A DNA stretch of 64,000 nucleotides from an uncultured Methylomirabilota bacterium (GTDB taxonomy: Bacteria; Methylomirabilota; Methylomirabilia; Methylomirabilales; 2-02-FULL-66-22): contig CAWJSJ010000004.1 in NCBI GenBank assembly GCA_963845565.1, positions 96,001 through 160,000 of the forward strand, written 5' to 3'. A program made the translations under genes and the position numbers. Positions 1 through 11,833 of this stretch are shown one piece after another; position 1 is the stretch's first letter, and each line of letters opens with the position of its first letter. The notes beneath the pieces were generated by a model, which was not told the origin of the DNA, searched no databases, and saw only the letters and a list, made by a program, of their open reading frames with translations.

Positions 1-200
1 CGCTCCGCGCGGGCCGCCTGTTTGACCTTCCGATACTCCGCAAACCCCGCATCGAACTGGAAGACCCGCGTGTCGGCCGCCCCGTTCCCAAAGTCCGTTC
101 CCAACGGAACCAGCCCGGGCTTGACATCGTATTTGCCGCTGGCCGGGGGAAAGTACATGGCTGCGGTCGACGGCAACGCGATCCTATGCGGTTCGCTCAT
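1..200 (-). CDS. Partial CDS running off the window edge; resembles DUF3445 / heme-dependent oxidative N-demethylase alpha-like proteins
   Basis: Own translation from ATG at 200: MSEPHRIALPSTAAMYFPPASGKYDVKPGLVPLGTDFGNGAADTRVFQFD...; open to the edge; family recalled from the YFP/PGL/DFGNG/VFQ-D pattern. Confidence 0.5.
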   Translation of the reverse strand, partial: MSEPHRIALPSTAAMYFPPASGKYDVKPGLVPLGTDFGNGAADTRVFQFDAGFAEYRKVKQAARAE

Positions 201-249
201 GGCATTACCCCTTGTGTGTTCGCGAGACTGGGCGCACTCCGATGGGCGC

Positions 250-1695
250 TCACGCCAGCCCGTACTCGGCCCAGCGGCGGTCGACCAGTTCTTTGATCCG
301 CGGGTCCATCATGATCTCGTCCGGCCAGGGCCGGGTGAAGCCCTCCTCGGGCCATTTCCGCGTGGCGTCGATTCCCATCTTGGAGCCGTATTTCGGGAGG
401 CGGCTCGCGTGGTCCAGGGTCTCCACCGGGCCCAGGACGAACTCGGTATCCCGCTCCGGGTCGATATGGTTGAGGGCCTTCCAGGTGACCTCGGAATAGT
501 CGCGGATATTCACGTCTCGATCCACCACGACGATGACCTTAGTCACCATTGCCTGGCCCAGGCCCCACAGGGCGTGCATCACCTTGCGCGCGTGGCCGGG
601 GTACTGTTTGTCAATGCGCACCAGAACCAGGTTGTGGAAAATCCCCTCGAAGGGCATGTGGAAGTCCACAATCTCGGGGAGCTGCTTCTTCATGATGGGC
701 AGGAAGAGCGTCTCGATGGCAGCGGCCATGTGGCAATCCTCCATGGGCGGCCGCCCGACGATGGTGGTGTGGTAGATCGGGTTCCTGCGGTGTGTGAGGC
801 AGGTCAAATGGAACACGGGGTAGGTGTCGGCCAGTGAGTAATAGCCGGTATGGTCGCCGAAGGGGCCCTCGGTGCGCAACTCCTCGGTGTCCACGTATCC
901 TTCCAGGACGATCTCGGCATTGCCCGGCACTTCGACATCCACCGTCTCGCACTTGACCATCTCCACCGGTTTCTTGCGGATGAATCCCGCCACCAGCATC
1001 TCGTCGATGCCCTCCGGCAGCGGCAGCGTTCCGGCGAAGCAGACGGCCGGATCGGCGCCGATGGCCACCCCCACCTCGACCCGGCGTCCGCGGTGCTTTG
1101 CCTTGCGGTAGTGGGCGGCGCCGCCCTTCTGGACGTGCCAGTGCATGCCGGTGGTCCGCTCGTCGAAAAGCTGCATGCGATAGGTGCCGCAGTTCCGCAC
1201 GCCCGTCTCCGGGTCCTTGGTGAAGACGAGCGGGAAAGTGATATACCGGCCGGCGTCCTGCGGCCAGCATTGGAGGACGGGGATGCCCGCGAGGGACGGC
1301 GTGTCCCGCACGATCACCTCCTTGCAGGGACCGTCCTTGACGGTTTTCGGAAAGGCGCTCGCCAGCTCCTGGAGTTTGGGGAGCATCATAAGCTTGCTCA
1401 GCAGGCCCTGGGGCGGCTTGAGGTCCAGGATCTCCTGTAACCCGTCCGCGAGGTCCGTCAGAGAGTTCACTCCGAAGGCGAGACTCATCCGGGCCGGGCT
1501 GCCGAAGGCGTTGATCAGGACGGGCATGGAGGAGCCCTTCACCCGTTCGAACAGCAGCGCCGGTCCGCCCCGCTTGCTGACGCGATCCGTGATCTCGGTG
1601 ATCTCCAGCGCCGGGTCCACCTCGGCGCGGATGCGCCGGAGCTCGCCGGCTCGCTCCAGGACGGCGATGAACTCGCGCAAGTCAGCATGGGCCAT
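250..1695 (-). CDS. ubiD: UbiD-family (prFMN-dependent) decarboxylase, menaquinone-biosynthesis type
   Basis: MAHADLREFI start with GAGGAGG RBS; motifs RNCGTYRMQ, EGPFGDHTGYY, KMGIDAT. Confidence 0.9.
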   Translation of the reverse strand: MAHADLREFIAVLERAGELRRIRAEVDPALEITEITDRVSKRGGPALLFERVKGSSMPVLINAFGSPARMSLAFGVNSLTDLADGLQEILDLKPPQGLLSKLMMLPKLQELASAFPKTVKDGPCKEVIVRDTPSLAGIPVLQCWPQDAGRYITFPLVFTKDPETGVRNCGTYRMQLFDERTTGMHWHVQKGGAAHYRKAKHRGRRVEVGVAIGADPAVCFAGTLPLPEGIDEMLVAGFIRKKPVEMVKCETVDVEVPGNAEIVLEGYVDTEELRTEGPFGDHTGYYSLADTYPVFHLTCLTHRRNPIYHTTIVGRPPMEDCHMAAAIETLFLPIMKKQLPEIVDFHMPFEGIFHNLVLVRIDKQYPGHARKVMHALWGLGQAMVTKVIVVVDRDVNIRDYSEVTWKALNHIDPERDTEFVLGPVETLDHASRLPKYGSKMGIDATRKWPEEGFTRPWPDEIMMDPRIKELVDRRWAEYGLA

Positions 1696-1827
1696 CACGC
1701 CCTCCTCGATGGATGCCGGGTCAGCAACGAAAGGCCGGCGCGCGGTGGGCGCCCACCGCACACGGCGGCGACACTGTACCACATCACGGGCCGGGCTGGA
1801 AAGCGGGGCGCCGGTGCGGCTTTCCGC

Positions 1828-1857
1828 TTGACACCTCGGTTTGTCCTCGCGTAGCAT
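1828..1857 (+). promoter_or_regulatory. Sigma70-type promoter
   Basis: TTGACA-N18-TAGCAT upstream of the gene at 1910. Confidence 0.45.
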
Positions 1858-1909
1858 CGCCCGCAAGTTCTCGAATCCTGTGGGCGTTTCGCCCGGCAAA
1901 GGAATAAGC

Positions 1910-2665
1910 GTGCGCGCCATCATTCTCGCCGCCGGTGTGGGGTGGCAGCCCAAACCCCGCGCGGAAGCCGCGCCCAAGTGCCTTCTGGACATCGGCGGGA
2001 AAACGCTCCTGCGCCGGTATCTGGAGGCCCTCGCTGCCCTGGGGGTTTCCGAAGCCGTCCTGGTGGTGGGACTCCACAAGGAGCAAGTGATCGCCGAGGC
2101 GGCCACCGGACCCGCCACGGTGCGTGTTCGGGTCGTGGAGAACGATCGCTATCAGCGGGGAAGTATCCTCTCGTTGTGGCAAGCGCGGGACGAGTTTGAT
2201 GATGATGTCCTGATCATGGATGCCGGTCCGCTGTATCCGCACGAGCTCTTGGCACGTCTGCTCGCCACTCCCGATGCCAACGCCATCGCGGTGGACGAAC
2301 AGTGCCGGGACACCGGCGAGGTGAAAAAGGTCGTCTGCGAGGACGGCTGGGTCGTCGAGGTCAGCAAGAAGATCTCGCATGGTGCCCGCGTCCGCGGCGA
2401 GGCGGTTGGTATCGTCCGCTTGTCGGCGGAGGCCGCGGAGATTCTCCGGGGCATCCTGGAGGAGTTCATCGAGACCGGCAAGGATTCCGGGGAGTACGAG
2501 GAGGCCTTCCGAGAGCTGGCCGGGGAAGTTCCCATCGGTGTGGTCGAGGTCGGAGACCTCCCCTGGGTCGAAATCGATTCTCGAGAACACCTCGCCCGTG
2601 CCCAAGACGAAATCCTCCCCAAGGTCGACCGCCTGGATCGGGGCGAGGCCGTCCCTGCCCCGTAG
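1910..2665 (+). CDS. NTP-transferase, LicC / phosphocholine cytidylyltransferase-like, with degenerate motifs
   Basis: GTG start MRAIILAAG..., PKCLL, GEAVGI, WVEID. Confidence 0.75.
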   Translation: MRAIILAAGVGWQPKPRAEAAPKCLLDIGGKTLLRRYLEALAALGVSEAVLVVGLHKEQVIAEAATGPATVRVRVVENDRYQRGSILSLWQARDEFDDDVLIMDAGPLYPHELLARLLATPDANAIAVDEQCRDTGEVKKVVCEDGWVVEVSKKISHGARVRGEAVGIVRLSAEAAEILRGILEEFIETGKDSGEYEEAFRELAGEVPIGVVEVGDLPWVEIDSREHLARAQDEILPKVDRLDRGEAVPAP

Positions 2666-2873
2666 CGCGGGCCCTCCTTCCTGTGGTCGTTCCCTGGGTC
2701 ACCACCGTCGGGCTTCCGACCATTTCCCGTGCCGCGAATCCCGGTCCGTCCGGTGCCGACCGCCATGCGTTTTCCAGCCGCGCTGAATCCATCCGTGGGT
2801 CAAGGACGGGGAGACGAAGGCGTGAGAGGGAGCAGGGACGGTGATGCCGGGGGACGGTGGCTGGGCGGCCGGT

Positions 2874-3158
2874 CCCCCCGGCCAGGGGGGTGAACACATC
2901 AACGGTGGCTTTGTCCGGGATCACGGAGTCGAGCGCCAGAAAATCCCCGTTCATGAGGACGGCGGCCAGGTTGTTGAACGCGTCCTGGGTCAGGCCGCAG
3001 CGGAAAACCTGGAGGCGAAAACCCGGATGCTCTGCGGCGAGACGATGGAGGACCTCGCGAAGCGTGAGGCGGCCTTCCCAGTGCACGGTCACGGTGCGCT
3101 GTCCGATCCAGTCCCTGAACGGACTCGAGAACCAGAACGTCGCTTCCGGCATGGACAC
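2874..3158 (-). CDS. MoaD/ThiS-family ubiquitin-like protein (domain up to the GG; the ORF stays open to 2466)
   Basis: FSSPFRDWIG...TLREVLHRL...VLMNG...VDVFTPLAGG, a typical beta-grasp sulfur-carrier pattern. Confidence 0.7.
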
Positions 3159-3295
3159 TCCGGCTGGTTTAGGATAGGTTGGAAATCAAGCGGAAAGGCG
3201 GCCAGGCGGCCGACCGGCGCCCGAAGACGCCATCACCGGATTCGGCAAGCCGTTGGTAAAGAATTAGTTGAGCGGAGACATTCTGAAACGGCATA

Positions 3296-3348
3296 AGGAG
3301 CCGTAACGAAATAGAAAGAGATGTATAGGTTATTTCGTAACGGCTCCT
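3296..3348. repeat. 18-bp inverted repeat with a 17-nt AT-rich spacer
   Basis: AGGAGCCGTAACGAAATA (3296-3313) and TATTTCGTAACGGCTCCT (3331-3348), 1 mismatch. Confidence 0.8.
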
Positions 3349-3400
3349 AAGTGTGCAACGCACGTGCTCCCACGCATTCGGAGCCGTAATGGAGGGTGAC

Positions 3401-3709
3401 ATGGCAACTCCGGAAACCCCGGCGCAACCGCGGCAACAGCTCCAGGTGACCACCGGCGATGAGTTGTCGCGAGGACACTTCAGCAACAATCTCCTGATCG
3501 CCCACAGCAACGAGGAATTCATCCTGGACTGGATCCTGAACTCGCCCAGTGGGATGCACCTGGTGTCGCGGATCGTCGTGACTCCCGGCCACGCAAAGCG
3601 CATCATCGGCGCGCTGACCGAGAACCTGCGCCGGTACGAGCAGACGTTCGGCCCGATCAGCGCCTTCGACGCTCCCGATCAGAAATTCCATCAAACCGGC
3701 CGCGCCTGA
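3401..3709 (+). CDS. DUF3467-family protein
   Basis: GGAGG RBS; FSNNLLIAHSNEEFILDW...SRIVVTPGHAKR...YEQTFG pattern. Confidence 0.8.
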   Translation: MATPETPAQPRQQLQVTTGDELSRGHFSNNLLIAHSNEEFILDWILNSPSGMHLVSRIVVTPGHAKRIIGALTENLRRYEQTFGPISAFDAPDQKFHQTGRA

Positions 3710-3770
3710 CGACTCCTCCCGCGATCCGCGGCCGGATCTCGCGGCGGCCAGGTGGCCGGTGTGGCCGTGG

Positions 3771-4772
3771 CTAATTGCGGGGGGCGCCACCGATGGCGTG
3801 CCGGTCGACGGTCCGGACGCCGATCACCTGGAATTTCCCATCGCGCACGATGACGACCTTGACCTCTGTCCCGACGTCTGTCTTCCAGATCTTTCGATAG
3901 AAATCTTCCTGGCTCTCCACCTTTTCCCCGTTCAAGCGGATGATGACATCGCCCCGCTCGAACCCAGCCTCGATGGCAGGACCCGAGGGGGATGCGCCCG
4001 CCACGACCAACCCCTCCGCCGCCTCCACCGTGTAGAGCCCGAGCCAGGGGCGGGGCGGCCGGCTCTTGACGCGACCCTCGCGAAGCAGTTCCTCCCGCAC
4101 GGCGATGAAATACTCGATGGGAATGGCCAGGTTCACGTGGGGCGGGTCGCCGAGTCGGAGCGAGGTGACCCCGATGACCTCGCCTTGGGGATTGATCAAC
4201 GGGCTACCGCCGAAGGACGGATTCGCGGGGCTCACGATGAAGGCCCGCTCCAGCAGGTATTCCCAGTACCCGGTGAAGCGCTTGATCTCCCGAATGGTGC
4301 CCTGGGTGGCCGTCAGGGCGTTCTCGCTGTCCACGCCGACGATGGCCACCGGATCCCCCACGCCGACCGTCGCGGAATTCCCCAGGGGGGCGTGCGGCCA
4401 GGGCCCCGCCCCTTCGAGCTTGGCGATTCCGATGCCGCTCTCGAAGTCCTGTCCGACGAATCGGGCGGACACCGTGCGGCCGTCCCGCAGCGACACCTGG
4501 ATGAGCGCGGCGTCCGTCAGGATGTACCCGACCGTGGCGACATACCCGGCGGGGTCGAAGATGACGCCGCTCCCGGCGCGCACCGGACCGAGGGTGAGCA
4601 CCGAGGGTCGGTCGAGTGGAATCTTCGTCTGGATCCCGACCACGGCAGGGGCCACGCGCTGGACATAGGCCGGAGTGGTCGGGCTGAGCACCGGTGCTTG
4701 GTCTCGCTGGGCGACGGCAGGGATCACGGGAACGAGCAAAGCGGCGAGCAGTGCGGCGGCGGCATTATTCAT
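3771..4772 (-). CDS. Secreted HtrA/S1C-like trypsin-fold + PDZ protein with substituted catalytic residues
   Basis: Signal peptide; GSGVI, TVGYIL, NPSFGGSPL, RPWLG and GDVI PDZ motifs. Confidence 0.85.
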   Translation of the reverse strand: MNNAAAALLAALLVPVIPAVAQRDQAPVLSPTTPAYVQRVAPAVVGIQTKIPLDRPSVLTLGPVRAGSGVIFDPAGYVATVGYILTDAALIQVSLRDGRTVSARFVGQDFESGIGIAKLEGAGPWPHAPLGNSATVGVGDPVAIVGVDSENALTATQGTIREIKRFTGYWEYLLERAFIVSPANPSFGGSPLINPQGEVIGVTSLRLGDPPHVNLAIPIEYFIAVREELLREGRVKSRPPRPWLGLYTVEAAEGLVVAGASPSGPAIEAGFERGDVIIRLNGEKVESQEDFYRKIWKTDVGTEVKVVIVRDGKFQVIGVRTVDRHAIGGAPRN

Positions 4773-4947
4773 GGCGATCCTCCCCGGGAAAGTCTAGCGC
4801 ACGAGCCCGTTCGAGAAAAGCCCATGCTTCCAGGAGCGCTGTGCGCCCCCCGGCTTTGCCCCGGCGGGTCGGGTTCTGTCGGCGCCTGGTGTCGCTCGCG
4901 CCGCCGACCGGGGCGGAAACCTCGGGAAGGGGCCGCGGGCTCCGCCG

Positions 4948-5259
4948 CTACGTCAGCGGGCGCGGGGCGGCGTCAGGCGGCGATTTGGGCGCGAGGACGT
5001 CGGGCGGTCGGGGCGTGCGCAGGGCATCCAGCTCTTTCGCCTGCTGCCGCAGTCGCCGCCGATCCCGAAACCAGCTCGGGAGGCTGACCAGCGAGGCCAT
5101 GACCGCGCCGACCGCGGCGGCGACCAGGATGATGACCACCAGGGACATTTCCAACGACCAGAACCCGAAGCGGACCGTGACCGGCCCGGCGTTCTGCACG
5201 GCGAAGATGGCAACGCCGGTGGCCAGGAGCAGAAAAGCAATCAGAGCGGTCTGTCCCAC
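4948..5259 (-). CDS. LapA / DUF1049 family membrane protein
   Basis: GTG start after GGAGGAGG; FAVQN...V.VRF.FW, second TM helix, basic coiled tail. Confidence 0.75.
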   Translation of the reverse strand: MGQTALIAFLLLATGVAIFAVQNAGPVTVRFGFWSLEMSLVVIILVAAAVGAVMASLVSLPSWFRDRRRLRQQAKELDALRTPRPPDVLAPKSPPDAAPRPLT

Positions 5260-5421
5260 GGTGCGTTCCTCCTCCGCGCGAGTGGATGACCAAAGGCTAG
5301 CATAGCCGATGGGGCGACGCAAGGCGAACGACCGGCCCCGGCACCGCCGCGAAAGACTTGGGCTTGTCTCGGCACGAGAGAATGTCTATGCTAGGCGCCC
5401 GGTCACCGTGCGGAGGCAGGA

Positions 5422-6279
5422 ATGGCAGAACCGAGGTGGTGGTTGGGACGGGTGATCAGCGATTTCGCCCGCCGCCTGCGCCAGTACGATCTGATGATGA
5501 TGGCAGCCGCCATCGCCTTTTATTGGCTGCTGGGCATCATCCCGATTCTGCTGCTCGGCGGTTCCATCACCGGGTACGTGCTCGGCTCCTCCGACCGGGG
5601 AGTGGACGAGGTGATGACGCTGGCGCGCCGCCTGATCCCTAGGGCGACCGGCCGCGACGTGGAGGATTTCCTCCGTCCCCTCATCCAGAGCCGGCACATC
5701 ACCGGTGTCCTGGGTATCGGGTTCCTGCTCTGGGTGGCCATGGGGGTCTTCGAGGCGATCGCCTCGTCACTCACGGCGCTCAGCGGTGGGCGGGAGAGCC
5801 GATCCTATCTCCGGCGAAAACTGGTCGCCTTGGTGCTGATGGGCACCGCCGGGATGCTGTTCATCTCGGCGCTGATGGGTGGGTGGATCCTCGCCGCGTG
5901 GCCGGAGATCGAGATTCTGATCGGCGCCCGCATCGTCCTGCCTCCGTTCTTGACCCACCCCAGTTTCCCGCGGTACTTTACCTCCATCCTCATGACGTTG
6001 CTCCTCACCATCGTGTATCGGGTCGCCCCGGTCCGGGCCATCCGCTGGCCCTGGGCCATCACCGGGGCGACGGTGGCGGCGTTGCTCTGGCACCAAGCGC
6101 GGACGCTTTTCAACTGGTACCTGATCCACTACGCGCGTTATAACCTGTTCTACGGGATCCTGGGCGGTTTCATCGGCCTGGTACTGTGGATCTACTACAC
6201 GGCAATCATTCTACTGATCGGCGGCATGCTGGCGGACGTCCTCGATCGTGCGGGCCGGCCTGGCCGGAATCGCACCTAG
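5422..6279 (+). CDS. YihY / virulence factor BrkB family membrane protein
   Basis: AAAIAFY...P, YG.LGG.I..LWIYY motifs; multiple TM helices. Confidence 0.88.
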   Translation: MAEPRWWLGRVISDFARRLRQYDLMMMAAAIAFYWLLGIIPILLLGGSITGYVLGSSDRGVDEVMTLARRLIPRATGRDVEDFLRPLIQSRHITGVLGIGFLLWVAMGVFEAIASSLTALSGGRESRSYLRRKLVALVLMGTAGMLFISALMGGWILAAWPEIEILIGARIVLPPFLTHPSFPRYFTSILMTLLLTIVYRVAPVRAIRWPWAITGATVAALLWHQARTLFNWYLIHYARYNLFYGILGGFIGLVLWIYYTAIILLIGGMLADVLDRAGRPGRNRT

Positions 6280-6410
6280 CGCGGCGGCGCCGCTCGAGGC
6301 CGGGACCGTGACTGTTTCCTCGATTACGCCGGCGCTCACGGAGCGGGGTAGAAACACAGTGGCGCGACATGCCCTGCCGGGATAAGCTCTGGGCGAGGAG
6401 GGGTCATCTT

Positions 6411-7148
6411 ATGGAAACCAAGGTTCTCACGCATCGCCGGTATCAGCCAAAGTCGTATGTTATCGGTGCCCTGCTCACCCTCTGGAGCAGCTCCATCGGG
6501 AAGAAGGCCGTCATGTCGCTCACCGGAATCGCCATGATGAGCTTTGTCCTGATGCACACCTATGGCACACTCAAGATCTTCAAGGGCGAGCAGGTATTCA
6601 ATGACTATGCCGTGTGGCTGCGGGAGGTCGGCAGCCCGCTTCTTTCTCACGGGATGGCATTGTGGATCACGCGGATCGGCCTGCTGGGGGCGGTGTCGCT
6701 GCACATGCTGGCGGCCTGGCTGGTGACCCGGAGAAGCTGGGCGGCGCGGCCGACGCGCTACCAGGAGGTCGAGCCGCTCCAATCCACCTTCGCGTCGCGG
6801 ACGATCCGCTGGGGCGGGGTCGTCATCGCGCTCTTTGTGGTCTACCACATCCTGCACTTCACCTTCGGTGCCGTCGGTTACGGCGCCGGCCAGTATTCGT
6901 CGACGTCCGTGTACCGCAATGTGGTCGTGGGGTTCTCCGTGTGGTACGTGTCGGCTTTTTATATCGTTGCCCAGCTCTTCCTGGGGCTCCACTGGTATCA
7001 CGGAGGTTGGAGCATCCTGCACACGCTCGGCGTCGCGACCGCGTGGGGGGACCGTGTCTATGCGGCAGTGGGTGGCCTGATCGCGTTGGGCGTGACTCTT
7101 GGAAACATCTCGGTGCCGGTTGCCGTTCTGACCGGCCTAGTCAAGTAG
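6411..7148 (+). CDS. sdhC: Succinate dehydrogenase / fumarate reductase cytochrome b subunit
   Basis: [13 protein letters not shown], conserved His heme ligands; first gene of sdhCAB. Confidence 0.9.
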   Translation: METKVLTHRRYQPKSYVIGALLTLWSSSIGKKAVMSLTGIAMMSFVLMHTYGTLKIFKGEQVFNDYAVWLREVGSPLLSHGMALWITRIGLLGAVSLHMLAAWLVTRRSWAARPTRYQEVEPLQSTFASRTIRWGGVVIALFVVYHILHFTFGAVGYGAGQYSSTSVYRNVVVGFSVWYVSAFYIVAQLFLGLHWYHGGWSILHTLGVATAWGDRVYAAVGGLIALGVTLGNISVPVAVLTGLVK

Positions 7149-7161
7149 GGGGGTGTCTGCG

Positions 7162-9107
<1,946 letters not shown>

Positions 9108-9111
<4 letters not shown>

Positions 9112-9890
9112 ACCTCTCTCTCAAGGTCTGGCGACAACGGAATGCGGAGGATCCCGGGCACTTCGAGACCTACGAGGCCACGAACGTCAGCCACGAGATG
9201 TCGTTCCTGGAGATGCTGGACGTCGTCAACGAGGGCCTGATCCTGGACGGCAAGGACCCCATCGTGTTCGAGCACGACTGCCGGGAGGGCATCTGCGGTT
9301 CGTGCGGTTTCGTGATCAACGGTCGGCCGCACGGCCCGTGGCCGGGCACCACCGTCTGCCAGTTGCACATGCGGGCCTTCCGGGACGGCGACCGCCTGCT
9401 CATCGAGCCGTGGCGCGCCGCCGCCTTCCCCGTCATCAAAGATCTGATGGTGGATCGGAACGCGTTCGACCGGATCATCCAGTCCGGCGGTTTCATCGAT
9501 GCCCCGACCGGCGCGGCGCAAGACGCCAACGCCATCCTGGTGCCGAAAGAGCGGGCGGAGTTGGCCTTCGAGGCCGCGGCCTGCATCGGCTGCGGGGCCT
9601 GCGTGGCCGCCTGCCCGAACGCCTCGGCCATGCTCTTCACCGCCGCCAAGATCTCGCATCTCGGCCTGCTGCCTCAGGGACAGCCGCGCCGGCCCCACCG
9701 TGTCCTGGACATGGTGGCGCGGATGGACGCGGAAGGGTTCGGCGGCTGCACCAATCATGGGGAATGCGAGGGGGCCTGCCCAAAGCAAATCCGCATGCAT
9801 TTCATCGCCCGGATGAACCGCGAGCTCCTGACCGCCAGCCTCTGGCGCCCGACATTGGTGGGCCCCCTGCACACACTGGTCGAGGCGTAG
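9108..9890 (+). CDS. sdhB: Succinate dehydrogenase / fumarate reductase Fe-S subunit
   Basis: ATGA overlap with sdh[28 protein letters not shown]. Confidence 0.95.
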
Positions 9891-9973
9891 CCGGGCGGCG
9901 CGCTCGCGCTGCCCGCGGTGGTTGTTCCGTGCGGCGCTCGCCGCCAATGTGTCGCCCCATGCGAGAGGAAACG

Positions 9974-11787
9974 ATGATGCGCAGCGCGACGTGGTTGCGG
10001 CACCCCGGTCGCACCGGCCGCGAGACGGCGGTGTGCGTGCGGACACCGCCTGGACCTCCTGGCGAGGAGCCGTCGCCGCATCGGGGATCGACGCGCCGCG
10101 CACGGGGTCTGGGGGTGCCGCGGGTGATCCTGGGCACGCTGGTGACGTCGATCTGCCTGGCTGCGGCCTTGACCGGGCAGGCCCTGGCCGCTGCGGACCA
10201 GGCCGCGCCCTCTGCGGCGGGGATCGACGCGGGGACGGAGTACGCGCGGGCGTCGGTCACCTTGGACGGCGAGGAGCTGTTCTCTGTCCGCGGGGTCGAG
10301 GCCTACCCGGCCGACACGCGGGCCCAGGCCATCGGCGGACGCATCACGGCCATGGCGGCCGATCGCTGCCGTGTCGGTCGAGGCGCTCCGACTGGTGGAG
10401 ACGGAGCGTGGGACCGATATCCTGGCCGGCGATCGGTTCCTGATGACCGTGACCGACGCAGACGCCAAACGCGACGGCGTGACGCACCAGTTCATGGCGA
10501 GCGCGGTCCGGCGGCGGATCGCGGATGCGGTGGCGTCGTACCGCAGCGAGCGGACTCCCAAGGCCCTGTTGATCAAGACCGGTGTCGCCGCGGGCGCCAC
10601 GTTGGTGGCCTGGCTTCTGCTGCTCGGGCGTGCGTCGCGCATTTCGGTGGATCGATGCATTCCTGGGGCGGCGGGCCAAGGGTGCCGTGGAGGGTCTGGA
10701 GACCCAAGCCTTTCGACTCATTCAGGCGAAGCAGCTTGTCGCGGCGCTCCACGGCCTCGTCGTCTCGCTCCGGGTGCTGGCGATCGTGGCGGTCGTGTAC
10801 GCCTATCTCCAGGTGGTCCTCGAGTTGTATCCCTGGAGTCGTCCGCTGTCCCGCCACCTGTCCGCCATGTTTCTCGACCCGCTCGCCAGCATGGGCGTGT
10901 CGTTCCTGGAGGCCCTGCCCAACCTGGTGTTCCTCGTCGTCTTGACGCTGCTGACACGCTACTTCCTCAGGCTCCTCAAGCTTTTCTTCAGCGGCGTCGA
11001 GAAGGGCACCGTCGCCCTCGCCGGCTTCGACCCGGACTGGGCCTGGCCGACCTATCGGATTATCCGGCTCCTCGTCGTCGCGTTCGCGGTGGTGGTGGCC
11101 TACCCCTACATTCCGGGCTCGCGGTCGGCCGCCTTTCAGGGGGTGTCGATCTTCATCGGGGTGATATTCTCGCTCGGCTCCTCGTCGTTGATTGCCAACC
11201 TGATTGCGGGGTACAGCATGACCTACCGGCGCACCTTCCGGGTCGGGGACCGGATCCAGGTGGGCGACGTCATGGGGGATGTCACCGAGAGCGGACTGAT
11301 GGTCACGCGCGTGCGGACGCCCAAGAACGAAGAGGTCGTCGTGCCGAACTCCTCGATTCTGAGCAACCATATCGTGAACTACAGCGCGCTGGCCACGCAG
11401 CACGGACTGATCCTGCATACCACGGTGGGAATCGGGTACGAGACCCCCTGGCGCCAGGTGGAGGCGATGCTGATCATGGCGGCTGAGCGGACGCCCGGAC
11501 TGCTCAGGGAGCCGCCGCCGTTCGTCCTGCAGAAGAACCTCGGTGACTTCTGTGTGACGTACGAGATCAACGCCCACTGCGACAATGCGCAGGCCATGGC
11601 CAGGCTGTACACTGACCTGCACCGGAACATCCTCGACCTCTTCAACGAGTACGGCGTGCAGATCATGACGCCGGCATACGAGGGGGACCCGCACCAGCCA
11701 AAGGTGGTGCCGAGGGAGCAGTGGTTCACCGCGCCGGCGCGGTCGCCGGAGACCAGGCCGCCGACGGCGCACGGGACGCAACCGTGA
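9974..11787 (+). pseudogene. MscS-family mechanosensitive channel broken by two +1 frameshifts (~10367 and ~10627), possibly sequencing errors
   Basis: Signal peptide and periplasmic region in ORF 9008, middle in ORF 10371, MscS core (FRVGDRI, VVVPNS, VGIGYE) in ORF 10582. Confidence 0.75.
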
Positions 11788-11833
11788 CCGCGTCCCTGAG
11801 GCGGCGACGCGGCCGGGCGGCAATCCTACGAGG

